Positions 18,601 to 31,676 of a DNA stretch of 64,000 bases are shown one piece after another. Positions within the stretch are counted from its first letter, which is position 1, and the number at the start of each line of letters is the position of its first letter. Below the pieces are notes generated by a model that had not been told where the DNA came from, ran no database searches, and worked only from the letters and a program-made list of their open reading frames with translations. The stretch spans positions 11,594,001-11,658,000 of the forward strand of contig OZ316776.1 in assembly GCA_973851085.1 (NCBI GenBank), written 5' to 3'. A program made the translations under genes and the position numbers. This DNA comes from Ptychomitrium polyphyllum (taxonomy: Eukaryota).

Positions 18601-21600
18601 TTATTAATTTCGCCTGGTATTTGTAGGAGTGTTTAGCTTCTGAAGTGGAAGTTTACATGGTGCGCAAAAAGATCTAGAAGTGTAGGATGATGTTTACAGT
18701 GATGGCATTTATCTGTATGATTTGTATTATTGTGAATTTCAAAGCTGCTTTTAATATAAGATTTGTATTATGACTACATCAAATACATTGAATATTTGAA
18801 ACTTCACTTATGTATTGCATCAGTTGAGATTAGTACGTTTGTTGAGGATGCAAAAGTGGTCTTTAGATGTTATGTATAATGTTGGAACTTAGTAATTTTC
18901 GATCTAGCTTTATTGGAAATGTCGACAATTCTGAATGTAATTATATTGGAAATCACTTTTGTTAATTGCATAGAGGAAACTAGACTTAGCATTTTTTTAA
19001 TTATGGCCTTAGTTTGTTTTTTTGTTTGTAGAACTTTGTGACATATTTCAAAGAAAAATCTTTGCCAATTGGGCATTAGGAGTATGATATTACTCTTATA
19101 AAATGTTAGTATTTGCATGAGTTTGATGTCATTTAGGGATGAAATTAATATGGGTTAATTTATCATGAGCAATATAGTAGAATTTGATGGTGATGACAAT
19201 GGTTTAGATGTTTATAAATTGTCTTCAATCAATATTTGTTTAAATTGTTGTCAATGGGACATTGAAATGGCATAGTTTATATGACCTAAAAATTATCTTT
19301 TACATGCTTTAGACGTGATTTTGGAGTCATTAGTAATAGTATAATGACGTTTATCATTTTCAAATGGGTTTGACACCATCTCAACTCATATTGCTTCATA
19401 TGATTTTCAAATCATTTTAAAATGTGTCATTATGGTGACAAATGATATTAATATAGCATCAAAATTATTTGTGGTATTATTTCGATGTCATTGTGATGTC
19501 ATATGTATTCTCTCCATGTTTATCCATGCATTTTAAATGTTTAGCTCTTCTAAAAATCTAAGAACTATATATTAATGGAAATGGAATGAAGGGATTTTTT
19601 GAAAAGGAAGGAAATACCTGATTTCCACATAGTTATGCCAGTTGGAATCTTCATCTTTGGTTCTCCAGTTCACTATTATTCAATTTATTGTGGGGCCAAG
19701 ATGATGATGTTTGCAATATTCTCAATCACAAATTGTGCCAAATTAGGGCCGTTTCTACTTCATTGTTAGCTTTTTGGATATGTGGTGGAATCAAATGTTA
19801 GAATTATTTTTATCATGCCCAAGTTTGTGTGGCACCTTATTCAGTCCAATCGCAAGAATCAGGTATGGACATTCCTTCCTCACTTTTCCTAAAGTTTAGT
19901 AGCATTCTTTAAATAGACAAGTTTCCAAGTTGAAACACGCTGCTTTGATTTTTTCTACAAGTTGCAAAGAAGGATGCCTTGGTCTCCATTGAGAGTCAAT
20001 TGCCCAGATTGCATGCTCGCCTCTCTCAGCTTAGAAAAGAAGACAATGCATTTTTGGTTTGATGATTCTCCTCATAATCAAGAGTAGTAGACAATGTTTG
20101 ACCTTTTTTTCTAAGTGCTAAACTTTACAAGACGTTTTCTATAAGATACAAGAGTGGTGCAAGATCATCTAATGAAAGAATATAGTGTGCCAAAGTTCTT
20201 ATTGAGAGCCAATACAAACAAATGTATCCTTAACCACAAGCATAGGTACTTGAGATTCAATAATATACAAAATAGAAAGACAAAAATAAATGCAATAAAA
20301 CCAAGTGGAAATGCAAGAAAAATGTACTATAAAGTTTAGGATCATTTTGAGAGGACTTGTGAAGAACAAAGGAAACATGGAGGTTTAAAACTTGGTGCAT
20401 TTGCTTGGCGTTCCAGAACCTATTTATTGAAAACATAAAAAGTGAAAAGGAAAAGAAACACGGGATCTTAGTACTTCTAACCATGAAACCATGACCGCAT
20501 CAGTTTTAACCATTATCATATTATGCACCCAAGATTTGCATATAATTAGTTAATCTCACATGGTGGAGAAGAGTGTTGCATCACATTTTCACACGGTTGT
20601 GACAAAGTTTTAAGAAGCGTGGGTAGTGTGAGAGGGAAGTCAAAGCAGAGATGCATAGCCTCCGGGATGCCATTCCTGTTCCAATTTCAGTATGCAATTT
20701 CATTTTGAGCTTTGAGTCTGATGCTCTTAGTTTTGAGCTTTGAGTTTGATGTTTTGAGGAAGATGACAAAGCTGACGCAAACACAATTCTGTTTGTTTTC
20801 TTAAGTGTAGTTGAATGAACTGAGAGAGCGTTAGACTCAAACTAATGATGAGACTTGTTGGAGGATCAGAGTGGACCTACAGAACTTTGTTTTATAGATG
20901 AAGATTGGAAATCTTATCTTTTCTAATACAGTTGGAGCTGATATAGAGTTGTAGAAACATCGAATACGTCATTTGAAGCGCAGATTGAGTCGATCATGAG
21001 GCATGCTCTAAGCTGGGAAGGGCGTTCTTACGACCAGTCCAGCGTGTGGAGGTACTTGAGACTGTCGAAGCTGGCAACATTGGCAGGGCGCAGGATGAGA
21101 GTGTAGAGTCCGGTATTATCAGGAGATGGGCTAGCGATCGTTCCGGTCGCTGACAATGAAATGCAGCTGTTCTGGAGCGGTTTTCTTTTTTCGGGTGTGC
21201 AGCGTGCTCGTCGGGAGACTGGGTTGTGGTGGCGGGGACGAACACAGATTTGGTGACTGGGGGCAGGATGGCTGCCAGTCGTACTGGCTACTACTGCTCT
21301 TAGCTGAGATGCTGCTGTAGATGTTTCTGAATCATGAAGTCGGTGTAAATATGACACGGAGGTTTTTATACCCGTGCAGGTGTAGGTCTTGTGTCTGCGG
21401 TTGCTAGTCCACTGTTCGAAGAGGCTCTAGGGCACACTCTTGATGGCCAATGTAACCGGATGCATGGCTGGGTTTTGGCTTCTTCTCTGCAGTTCTGCGA
21501 TCTAGAGAGGTGAATAATGGTAGAATAAATACACTGCTTTTCCCATTAAAAAAAAAGTTACCATGACGTCACCTATTTTAATTTTACTTATTATGGTACT

Positions 21601-21800
21601 CTCATTATTGTTGAATGTTTTTTATGGATATTTAGCTATATGGTTTGTTTTGTTGAGATTATCTAGTGGTTCTTGATCTTTTGTAGTGATAGTTGTAGTC
21701 CTACATATGTGGATGATGGTGATTATAATTATTTAATTATTGATTTTCTTTCATTGTATGGCCTTGGAAGCATCAAAATTGTTAATTTTTCTTCTAAAAT

Positions 21801-21876
21801 CTTTGGTTGTCATGTATTTCTTTGGTTGTCATGTATTTCTTTGGTTGTCATGTATTTCTTTGGTTGTCATGTATTT
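21801..21876 (+). repeat. Tandem repeat, 4 x 19-bp CTTTGGTTGTCATGTATTT
   Basis: Four perfect consecutive units read directly from the sequence. Confidence 0.95.
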
Positions 21877-24800
21877 TAATACTGCTTGTATTCTTTTTTA
21901 GTTGCTATAGTTCTTTAATATTGTTCCAAAGCTTACAAAGCATTAAAATTTGTTGTATTAATCCTTTTTATAGTGTATATGTGGACTATTTGTAATGTAC
22001 GTAAAAGTGAACAATTAATGAAAGTAACTAGCTACCTAATAATTGTCAATTGTTAAAGATCCTGCTTAAAGAAAGTTAATATTGTAAGCATAATAGTATT
22101 TTTACAATTTTGAGACACCAATGTGATATAAAAGTAATCTAAAGCAACTACCAAATTTTAATAGAGCTTTTTTAGTGTATTTTAATAGTTTTCAAGCTTA
22201 ACTTCATAAAGACAATCTTTTAGATATTATAACTTTACGACTTTTTTTCACACGTCCATTTTTTTTTGGTAGGTTTTTTAACACAATTCTATTTAAAAAT
22301 TTTATGGAAATAAATAAGATTAAAATCTACCTTAAAAAGAATATTAAAAGCAACCGTTAATTTGGTCTTAAATAAGATCAGTTTTATAGCGCCGTAGCTT
22401 AAAAACATTGATTTTGACATGGCAAAACTTTAAGTGAGACTTTCTAAGATAATTGTTTTTATAAATAGTTTTTTAATCATTAAAATGTTTTAAAACATTC
22501 AAATTATGGCAAATTTTGAAAATTCTAAGTTTAAAATACTTAAGTATTTTAAATATCTTTTGAAACTAAAAAGGCTTGGAAAAATCTAAATAAAGTGTAT
22601 TAGATCACTATATTTTTTGGTATTTAATTACATGCAATGGTCTTTCAAATGAATATAATAGTCTTTAACAGGCTATAGAAGTGATTTGGAATTAAAAATA
22701 ATTGAACCTCTTTAAATTTCTAATGTTTGAAATTCATATATTCTTATATGCTCTTTTAGTGATATTATTTAATATACTATGGAATTTAGTTTTTTTGAAC
22801 TTACAATTCAAATTGTAAAAATGTAATCAATTAAAAGTCTCCATGTTCACTTGCTTTAAAGTGAATAGAATTATTATTACTTTGAAAATTTATTAACCTC
22901 AACCATTAAAGAATATTATAAAATAGCTTCAATTCCAAAAGGTTTAAATATATGCTTTTGCACAATCATTCATTCAATTGTATATCTTCATAGTATTTTG
23001 AATATTTTTATTCATTATTTTGGATTGAATGCTTATAAATTATTTGTATATTAAGATGTAACTTGTGACTCTTTGTTTTGCGAGAATCTTGCCAAAAATT
23101 GGAATTGGATTGAATTATAAGTTGGACCTTGAAAGATTTAAGAAAAAATTAACAAATTAATTATAAAAAACTAAGATTGCTCTAAAATATAATTATATTG
23201 GCTTTCCAACTTCTACGCATTGTATATAGAGTAAGTAGAGTGAATAGATCTATAAATCTTATTAATTTTTTTTTGGAATTTTTTAAAGAAGATGTATTGT
23301 TTGAATATAATATGAATAATCTATGATCATAATTCTTAACAAAGAAAGGTCCTAAAATTATTAATATATTTTTAATTTTCAAAATTTAATACTTATTTAT
23401 CACTACAACTTTAATACTTGATCATGTTCTAAATTGTTAAATATTTATAGAAGTTAAAATATTAATAAAGATGAGCCTAAATTAGAAAGAAAATTTGTGT
23501 CTTATACATTTAGAAAACATATCCCAAAAAGATCAAAACAAACATTATTTTTTTACAATGAAGAATTAATATTAGTCATTCACTTGATTGGAATGTAGTA
23601 CCACTCTTTGTATTAGTATTATATACTAATGCTCTCAATACACTCACAATCCCAATGAAAGTGTCTTGCATAACGTTTTCAGAGTGATACCGTTTAAAAA
23701 AAAATGCTCATCCATATCAACAAATAATTCATCTATAACCACAATCCATATGGTTCGTTTTATATATCAACCAACACATATATATGTACACATACACATG
23801 TGTGCACTTGCAGGCACGTTTACATATGTATGATTTGATCAATTTAACACCAAATATAGATTCCAGTAGTGTTTTCCCATCAACCACTATCTGGTGGATC
23901 TTAAAAAAATCTTTGTTACATACACCTCATAATGAATTATCCACAATGAATTACAATGTATAGTATACCATAGAGGACCATGGGGTCCATTGCACCAGTG
24001 ACAAATTAATAGTAATTTTGAGAAAAGCAATTAATTTTTACATAGTTGTTCATATTCGTATTTCATTTTTAAACAAAAATATTCTGTGTATTTGTCCCAT
24101 CAATGAGCATTTGCCTTATAAACTGCGTTCTCTGAAAAGAATACATCTCACCTTTATAGTGAAGTGATTCGTCACATAATACTTCAGATGTTTTGAAATT
24201 CTATTTCTGCTTCAGCTTGGTTAATTTTCTCATGAAGCTGATGCTTTGCATTTAATGATTAGCAAATCTAAATATCTCTAAGGTGTGTAAGCTTCTGCTG
24301 ACAGACTTGCTCCTTCCAAAGTGAAGGTCGCCGATGCAGAGAGCTTGACATCTGGGAAACTGGAACCGATGTCAGTGTAACAAATTGCAAACTGGAACTC
24401 GAGTCACATCCAGGTTCTCAAAACATTCTTCAGTGACCCGTGAGCATTCTCTTAAAACCTTGTTCAACTGAAGATTGAAGGAGTTCGTGGTCACATTTTG
24501 CCATGACAATGCAGGAAATTGCCAAGAATAACTTATAATTAGTGAAATGTAAACCACAAATTGGAGAGCACAATCTCAGGATTGAAGTGTTTGTACGACT
24601 GTCAAATCCAGCAACACAGAACATCTTTAGGTTCATGCACACTTTGAAGATACCAAAGTCATAGTTTCGATGCCTTCAGAGAGTTGCTTCGTATGTCTTT
24701 GGGACCTCAAAATTGCAATCTTTGAGATTGCAGAATTACTTTACTTTGAATACCGGGTTTCTGAGGGCATCATAAACAGGTCGCCACTCGATATGAAGAA

Positions 24801-24938
24801 ACCATAAAATAAAACATCCATATCCACAGTCCTTGCTCTCGATAAGAGCATGGCAGCATTCTCAAAGCTATCACTATGTATCTTTTTAGTAAATATATTA
24901 CAGGCACTCAGCGCTGTATGGAATTGGGCTCAACAGAT

Positions 24939-26820
24939 TCAAGTTGAAAGCACACATCTAATAGGGCAGCCTTCTGCTTGCAAGAGCTTCAAAGGGAGGC
25001 AGTGAACCGTGTAGATTCCCATTTCCACTTCGTCCAAGTTCAATCCCTCCACAATTACAAGTTTCTGAAGGATTTCATAATAGAGCATGAATCTTGTTAG
25101 AGCACACTATGCAGTCCTTGGAAAAAATCTCAGTCCAAAGCTAAGAAAAGAGGAGCCAGTATATTCAGAACTCACTTCCTACACGTTTGCCTTTACAAAT
25201 GGGAATAAAATAAGGAGAAAAATTAAAGAGATGAACGCACCTTGCCTAAAAGAATCCGGTGGGCAGCAACGATGTCAACATATGCTGCAATAGAGAGGTA
25301 ATCAATTCCTGCACCAAAAATCGTACATGTCAATCACTAAATTATTCCTACATTACGAGCAAAACCTAAACACCAGATTAAAAGATTCTTACCGACAAAC
25401 TTGATATTGGTGTTTCTTGTAAGCCAATCGGCACCATCGGTGGTGAAACCTACATAGCTGGAGTCCCATTCCTTTGTCCACATCAGTTTCCTGCATCACA
25501 CAAGCTTATAACATAAGCTGAGAAGTGACATTTATAATGCTCTATAACCCTTCATTTCCATAATTAACTCGAAAGGGAAAACAACCACCTTCTCAAGTTG
25601 GAGTTCATCGAAAATCCACAAATGTACAGTACATCAGTTGGAGCTATGCAGCTAAAGTCAAAACAAGGCTGTATGCATTGAGCTTAAAAGCTTTGGTGGA
25701 TCTTAAAACGTTTTATTGCAGTAAACAAATGATACCCGTTATGCATTAAAAACAACACTCAATGAATTGGGTTCCATCTTACCTGTCAGTATTCAGTGTC
25801 CTAAAAATGACGCGTTCAATACCTGGGGGGATATGGAGATTCTGCAAAACCTGGGCTGTGTGCACACATTCACATGTCCTTTAAAGTAGTGCCAATAAGG
25901 TCTTGATCTTAGAAATTACTCATAAAATCGCATGCAATTGCTATCAAGCTAGAATACTCAATACTAAAGACTTCATCATACTGAAGAAGACAATCGATCA
26001 GCAACCAATTTCTTCTGTTTGGAAACAGCCTTCATAGGATAGAAATTTGTGCTGAAACACGAACCTGTCAAGTTGGAATTGCGCGGTGCATCAACCAGGA
26101 GCACTGGACCTGCAATCACAGCAACAACAAGCCTCGTCACGAAGCGCTAAACCACACAGTAATATCATACATATCCTCTGAAAACCAAACCTGTACGATT
26201 CAAAGAAGAAAAGCCGGTACTAAACCTAAACTCTCTAAAGAATCCCAAAGCAGCATGCGCAAAACGATTCGTCTACCCCTCGCTCTGTTCCATTCACAAC
26301 AAAACCACAACCTGCTGTTAATCAACGCCGTGACTCTCAAACGTCACAATTATCTCAAAACCAAGCAACATGCCGGTACCCTCAAAACTAGTTGCAAAAA
26401 CTTTGTGAGCTTACCAATGAGGACACCTAGACTAAGAGACGCCACATCAAGGCCCGCCTCGTAATGCTCCTGCACGTAATGCCCAGGTGCATCCACATGA
26501 GTCCCCGAATGCACCATCTCAAACGTCATGCCCGAGACGTTACACTCGTCGCCGTCGGCCATGCTCTGCACCAAGCCCGTGAGCTTCCCCAGCCCATCCA
26601 CCGATTCCCACGCCGGCACGTCCGCCCGGTACGCGTGCGTGATGTCGATGACCCTCCCCGCCGCACCATGCTCTCCGACCGCACCCGGCGCTGCACAGAC
26701 TTGGTTTCCCTGCACATGGTGAGCACTGGCCTGCACTGGAGTCACAACCCGTGTGGCCGCCACCACTCCGATGATCAGCAGGAGCGGCACCGCCATCGCC
26801 ATCGCCACCGCCATCGCCAT
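24939..26820 (-). CDS. Cyclase-family (kynurenine formamidase-like) metal-dependent hydrolase, 6 exons, N-terminal signal peptide
   Basis: Hydrophobic N-terminus, then IDITHAY, the signature [12 protein letters not shown] (HxGTHxDxPxH), [46 protein letters not shown] and [19 protein letters not shown]. All introns are GT-AG. Confidence 0.93.
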
Positions 26821-26983
26821 CGTCTAGATCGACACAGATGCCATGGCGATTGTGACGATACCACGTGATCCACCCGGCTCAAGTGAACTTTCAACACGCA
26901 GTGTTGTCACGCAAGTTTCTTAACCCATGAGAGCCAATTGAATGAGTCCTACGGCCGTGGACTTGTGCGTCCACGCTTTTGAT

Positions 26984-26992
26984 CCACGTGTC
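26984..26992 (-). promoter_or_regulatory. G-box/ABRE (GACACGTGG) upstream of cyclase gene; second CACGTG at ~26862
   Basis: Exact motif match about 165 bp upstream of the ATG; function not demonstrated. Confidence 0.4.
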
Positions 26993-27458
26993 CTACTGAC
27001 ATCACACTTCCTCTTTTATTCTTTTCGTTTTTCGTTTTCCCCTATTTTCTCCTTTATCTCCCCTTTTACCTTATTTTATTAAACTTTTTTTCCCTTCTTT
27101 TGGCAAGCAAGTTTAAAAAGTTTTATCTACATTCACGGTGGGATCAAGCTTCCGTGACATTCTTCACTCCACATCCTAAAGAGTTTTTTGAAGTTTGATA
27201 TTTTGACAATATGTGCTATAGAATTCAACTTCAACCTTAATTTCAATGAGCATGTTAAATTTTTTTTGTAGATTATGATTTATAAGTTGTATTTGTAAAG
27301 TTTTTTTGTCTTTATTAATATTGAGATTCAACTTTTAAAATTTGCTTTTCCTTGGATTCAATTTCATTGCAAAAGTAATCAACTTTAGAAACTATTTTTA
27401 TGAAAAATTGTGATTCTTTATTAATAATTCAAAACCATATATCAATTTATTATAATAG

Positions 27459-27460
<2 letters not shown>

Positions 27461-27503
<43 letters not shown>
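27461..27503. repeat. (TA)n microsatellite
   Basis: Direct reading. Confidence 0.95.
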
Positions 27504-27795
27504 TTATTTTTTTAAATTAAAAATTTATTATTATTATTATTTTTTTGGCATGCATGTGTTTTGAAATGATGTTAAATTTTATTTTTTCTAAATTAACATA
27601 AAAAATCTCCCATTCACTTTTAGAGAGACAACAGTTAAATTCACCATTTTGCTTGATTTATCAACAATCTTTATGTTTGAAAGTCATTTATATTTTTGAT
27701 TCGTAAAGAATCCAAGGCCTTCATATAATGTGCTTATGTAGGCCGGATATGTATACAAGTACATATTTTCACCTCTAAACTAAAATGTAGAAATT

Positions 27796-27860
27796 CCACC
27801 ATCCACCATCCACCATCCCCATCCCCATCCTCATCCCATCCTCATCCCATCCCATCCCAT
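27796..27860. repeat. Degenerate (CCACCAT/CCCAT)n simple repeat followed by GATAAA/GATAAG motifs
   Basis: Direct reading; lies between the divergent cyclase and permease genes. Confidence 0.8.
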
Positions 27861-29226
27861 AAGATAAAGATAAGGATTAAAGGCTTCCTCATCCAGCGTT
27901 GATTTCCTTCATTCTTTAATGTTTACCAAGGATTCATCCTCACGCATCATGCATGCTGAACAATAAATGGAGCCGTCGGTGACCGAAGAAAATAAGCAGG
28001 CATGGAGGACAGGGAGGTGGGGGCCACCAGTTCGGAGACTGGGGGAAGCAGGACTAGAGAGCAGAGGAATCGGTCAGTGATTAGTGTCTGAGAATATAGT
28101 GCAATATTAGGGATGAGGCTGCAAGACAGAGCACCGTGGCAACTGAAGCAAGTGGCATGGCAGAGAGGGCACTTGTGGGAGCCTGGGTGTGGCGATGGTC
28201 AGGGTTTCGGCAGACGGAGCAGGTTGTGAGGGAAAGGATGGACTTGCGACGGAGTGCTGAAAGAAACTTGTCGTGTTCGGACTTGGGAGCAAGCCTGGGG
28301 AGTGGACGCTAGTGGTGCTGCATTTACACTTTCTAACTGAGTCGATGGGATTTTGCCGGCGTCACAGGCTGGTATGTTATTCGAGTGTTCCTGACATGCT
28401 TGTTTGCCCTTGAGTCCCCTCTGAACTTTTCCTCTTTTTCCTCTTTACCTTCGCCGTTGATGACTTATACTCAGAGGTTTATTCGTTGTTATGCATGATT
28501 GGCCTTAACTTGGTTGTTGCAGCGGATGTGTAGTGGGTCACAGAGGTTGCGGTTGTTTCTTAGGTGGATTTTGCTTTGCCTTGTAGTTGCAACTTTAGGG
28601 TTTGTGCCTGTGGTTTAAGAGTGCTGATTCTCATGTCCCGTCGGTGTTTGGTGACTTGGGGCGGCTAATTGCGTGAGCAGATTTGGAATCTTGTCGTTTG
28701 ATTATTTCCACGACCCGTTTGTAGTCGTCCTAGTAGGAGTAGCCACCCACTAAGAATTCTGATGATCTAAATCGTAGAGTTTGGTACTCGGGATTCACAT
28801 GTAGAAAAGTAGGTTTAGGGTTTTTGGATATTAGATTTGTGAAGATCAGATGTAGCCTGCGGACATTGTGGAATTTCCTTGCTGTGTCTTTTCATTAACA
28901 TTAGCAACTTACTGGGCCAAATGCAGAATCATGCTTTGCACGTGGTCTTGAAAGTGTTCTCCGTGCATGTCGAGGTAATAGTTTTCGAGCTTGGAGAGCT
29001 TTTGGATAGGTTTTCTGCGATATTCTAGAAACGCGCTGGTAATTACTTCTGAAGCATGTGTAACACCTTTGTTGATGGAACTTGTGTTACAGCAATGTCC
29101 TGCAGTCAGCATGGAAGAAACGTGGACTCGGCTGGTACGAGAAGCACAAAATGTTGTCCGACTTGCCTGTGAGGTGTGGTGAAAATTGGATCATAAACAG
29201 GTTCAGTGAACCGGGGGCTTTAAAAA

Positions 29227-31676
29227 ATGACGCTCGTCAGTTTGAACCCTGGGCCACTATTATCGTCTACATCCTCAAGACGGAGCCACAGGTTTCGTGA
29301 CGTTGCCAAGAGCGTTAAAGTCTCTCAGAGCAGCAATCACCATCCACTTGTCAGATGTGGTATTCAAGGATTGAATGCAAACCTTGTTGTGCATCGAGGC
29401 ATGAGTAGGTTGCATGTCGGGCAGCCATGGCGGCGGAGTTCGTTACTGGCTCTATACAATTGCCTTCTGCTATCCAAGACGGTGATTCTTCGAAGGCGTT
29501 TCAAAAGTGTAGCTGGAGTAGATAAATATCATGCGTGGTTTCATGGGTCTGTTGATGGAAGTCTTCCACAAAACGAGATCACGAACACAAGCACAGCGTG
29601 CCATGCACAAATTCATTCTGAGCCCTGGAACATGGACGATGAGGCTCTTCCTTCCCATAAAGTGTCTTCCTTGTTACAGAGAGGTATTGCGCATACTGGT
29701 TGCAAAGTACGTTAGTAAGAATACTGTGTTCAGCATTTTTTCACGGTGTTGATAGAACGCTTCTATCTGAAATGCAGCAGTTGCGCATATGGACTTATGT
29801 CGCAAATATTGAGAAATCTCACATGTACAACGTGTACTATGAATTAATATGTTTTAACTCTGAATGTGGATTAGACAAAGAAAGAAGCGGCCGTCTGGCT
29901 TCTGCGGTTGGACTTATTATGGGTACTCTTTTTATTCCTCCTGGACCCGTTTTTCTCCAATTAGTTCTTTGGTTCCTTGGTTTGCTCTTGGTTTATAAAA
30001 TTCACATTTTACTCCACTACAATTGTATGTGTTGCTTCATGTAGAGGCACTTATGTAATCTTGATTATGTTGATGATTGCTCTTGTGTCATATAGAATTT
30101 TGGAGGGTTATCTTGTGGATTCACATTGGTAGCACTTGGTTATTTTATGATTAGACTGACCTCAGTGGTGAGGTGTCGTGAGAGTGCGTTCTTAGCCTAA
30201 CATTGTGTTTGTGATCATCTTTTTTGACAATCATGTAGGTACTGCTGTGGGCCCAGGCATACTTGGACTTCCAGCTGCCACTCTGCACGCTGGTCTAATC
30301 CCATCCAGTGTAATGATCGTCGCTGTGTGGGCATATGTCATGGCCTCTATATTGTTAGTAGCAGAACTGAGTTATGCAGGTTAGTTCAGTCTTCATTGAA
30401 AGTTTTGATGCAGGTTTTTAAAGAGGCAGCATCTACACTAGTTTTGATAAATGTTATTTCTCTAGAAGCTTACAAATTTTATCCCGACTGTTTTATGAAT
30501 CTTCCACAAGGTATGGTTAAATAATCTTAATGTCTAATGCCCGCAGCTTCTCACAGCATGCAGGGATTTATCAGCTACTCACTCGCCTTTCTTCTGCTTG
30601 TGTCGTGGTTGACAGTGATGGCAGAGCAGGGAGGAGCAGAAGTGAGCTTCACAGGCCTGGCAGTACGCACTCTGGGTCACTCTGCAGGGCGTGTTGTTGC
30701 TCTTGTTTACGCCTTCCTCAATTATGCCCTCTTGGTGGCCTGTGTGGCAGGGCTTCATTCGATTCTAGCACATTGGTTGCCTTTACATCCGGCTTTGGTT
30801 TGCATATTAAGCCCTGGGGTAGTCGTCTTCATGTTGGCATTCACCTCCTTTCAAGCTGTAGACTCCCTTAACAGGGCTCTGTGTGTTCTCATGCTTGCAT
30901 CCATCACAGGTCTGGCTGCCATTGGTATTTCCGTCGGTCGAAAATTTTGGCTCGGATCCATGGGCTCTGGAACCTGGTCTTTTAGTGTATTGTATCCTGC
31001 AATTCCGGTAATTGTTCTTACCTTGGGGTTCCATGTGATCACGCCTGTGGTGTGCCAAGTTGTGGGAGGAAACCCTCAGGAAGCTCGCAAAGCAATACTC
31101 TATGGAGGAGGTGTGCCTTTGTTGATGGTTTTGGCTTGGAATGCTGTCATTGTAGGCCTATCACAAGTAACGGCAAGGTCTCCTGTGGCTTCAGTCGACC
31201 CCATTAAACTTCTACTTTCATTGAGTAATACAGCAGCTCCTGTGGTCCAGGCTTTTGCATTTGCTGCTCTAGGTACAACTCTTATAGGGTATGCCTTGAG
31301 CTTTCCAAAGCAGCTGATCGACACTGCAAGCTTATTTGGGATCCGTCCACAGGCAGAAAAGAAGGTTCAAATTATAGAGGAACTGGGCCGCTCAAGGAAA
31401 ATGACAGCACTGTTGCTGGCAATGGCTCCTCCGGTAGCAGTGGCGATGATCTCCCCAACAGCGTTCGCCTCAGCACTTGATTTTGCTGGACTCTATGCAA
31501 ATTGTTTTCTGTTTGGAGTGTTGCCGCCAATTATGGCTTGGGTGTATCGGTACCAGCAACCCCAAGCTTGTCAAGCTTGTCATACTAAGCTTGTACCTGG
31601 CGGGAGAATATTCTTGCTTGCATTGCTTCTTATTGCAGTCTATCTTGGTTTGAAACCTCCCAATACCAGAAATTAA
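29227..31676 (+). CDS. Tryptophan/tyrosine permease (TyrP/HAAAP family) with probable organellar transit peptide; exons 29227-29683, 29875-29922, 30239-30379, 30616-31676
   Basis: Spliced SAVGLIMGTAVGPGILGLPAAT, ILLVAEL, EVSFTGLA, YAFLNYALLVAC, IPVIVLTLGFHVITP, ALGTTLIGY and ALDFAGLYANCFLFGVLPP, with many hydrophobic helices and a Ser/Arg-rich N-terminus. Exon phases are consistent; the start codon is less certain. Confidence 0.87.

Noticed and set aside
20791..21510. GC-richer stretch with 83- and 109-aa ORFs beyond the right arm
   Set aside because: No recognisable domain or splice pattern.
21801..21876. Repeat array considered as CRISPR-like
   Set aside because: Units are directly adjacent with no spacers, and the context is eukaryotic with no cas genes.
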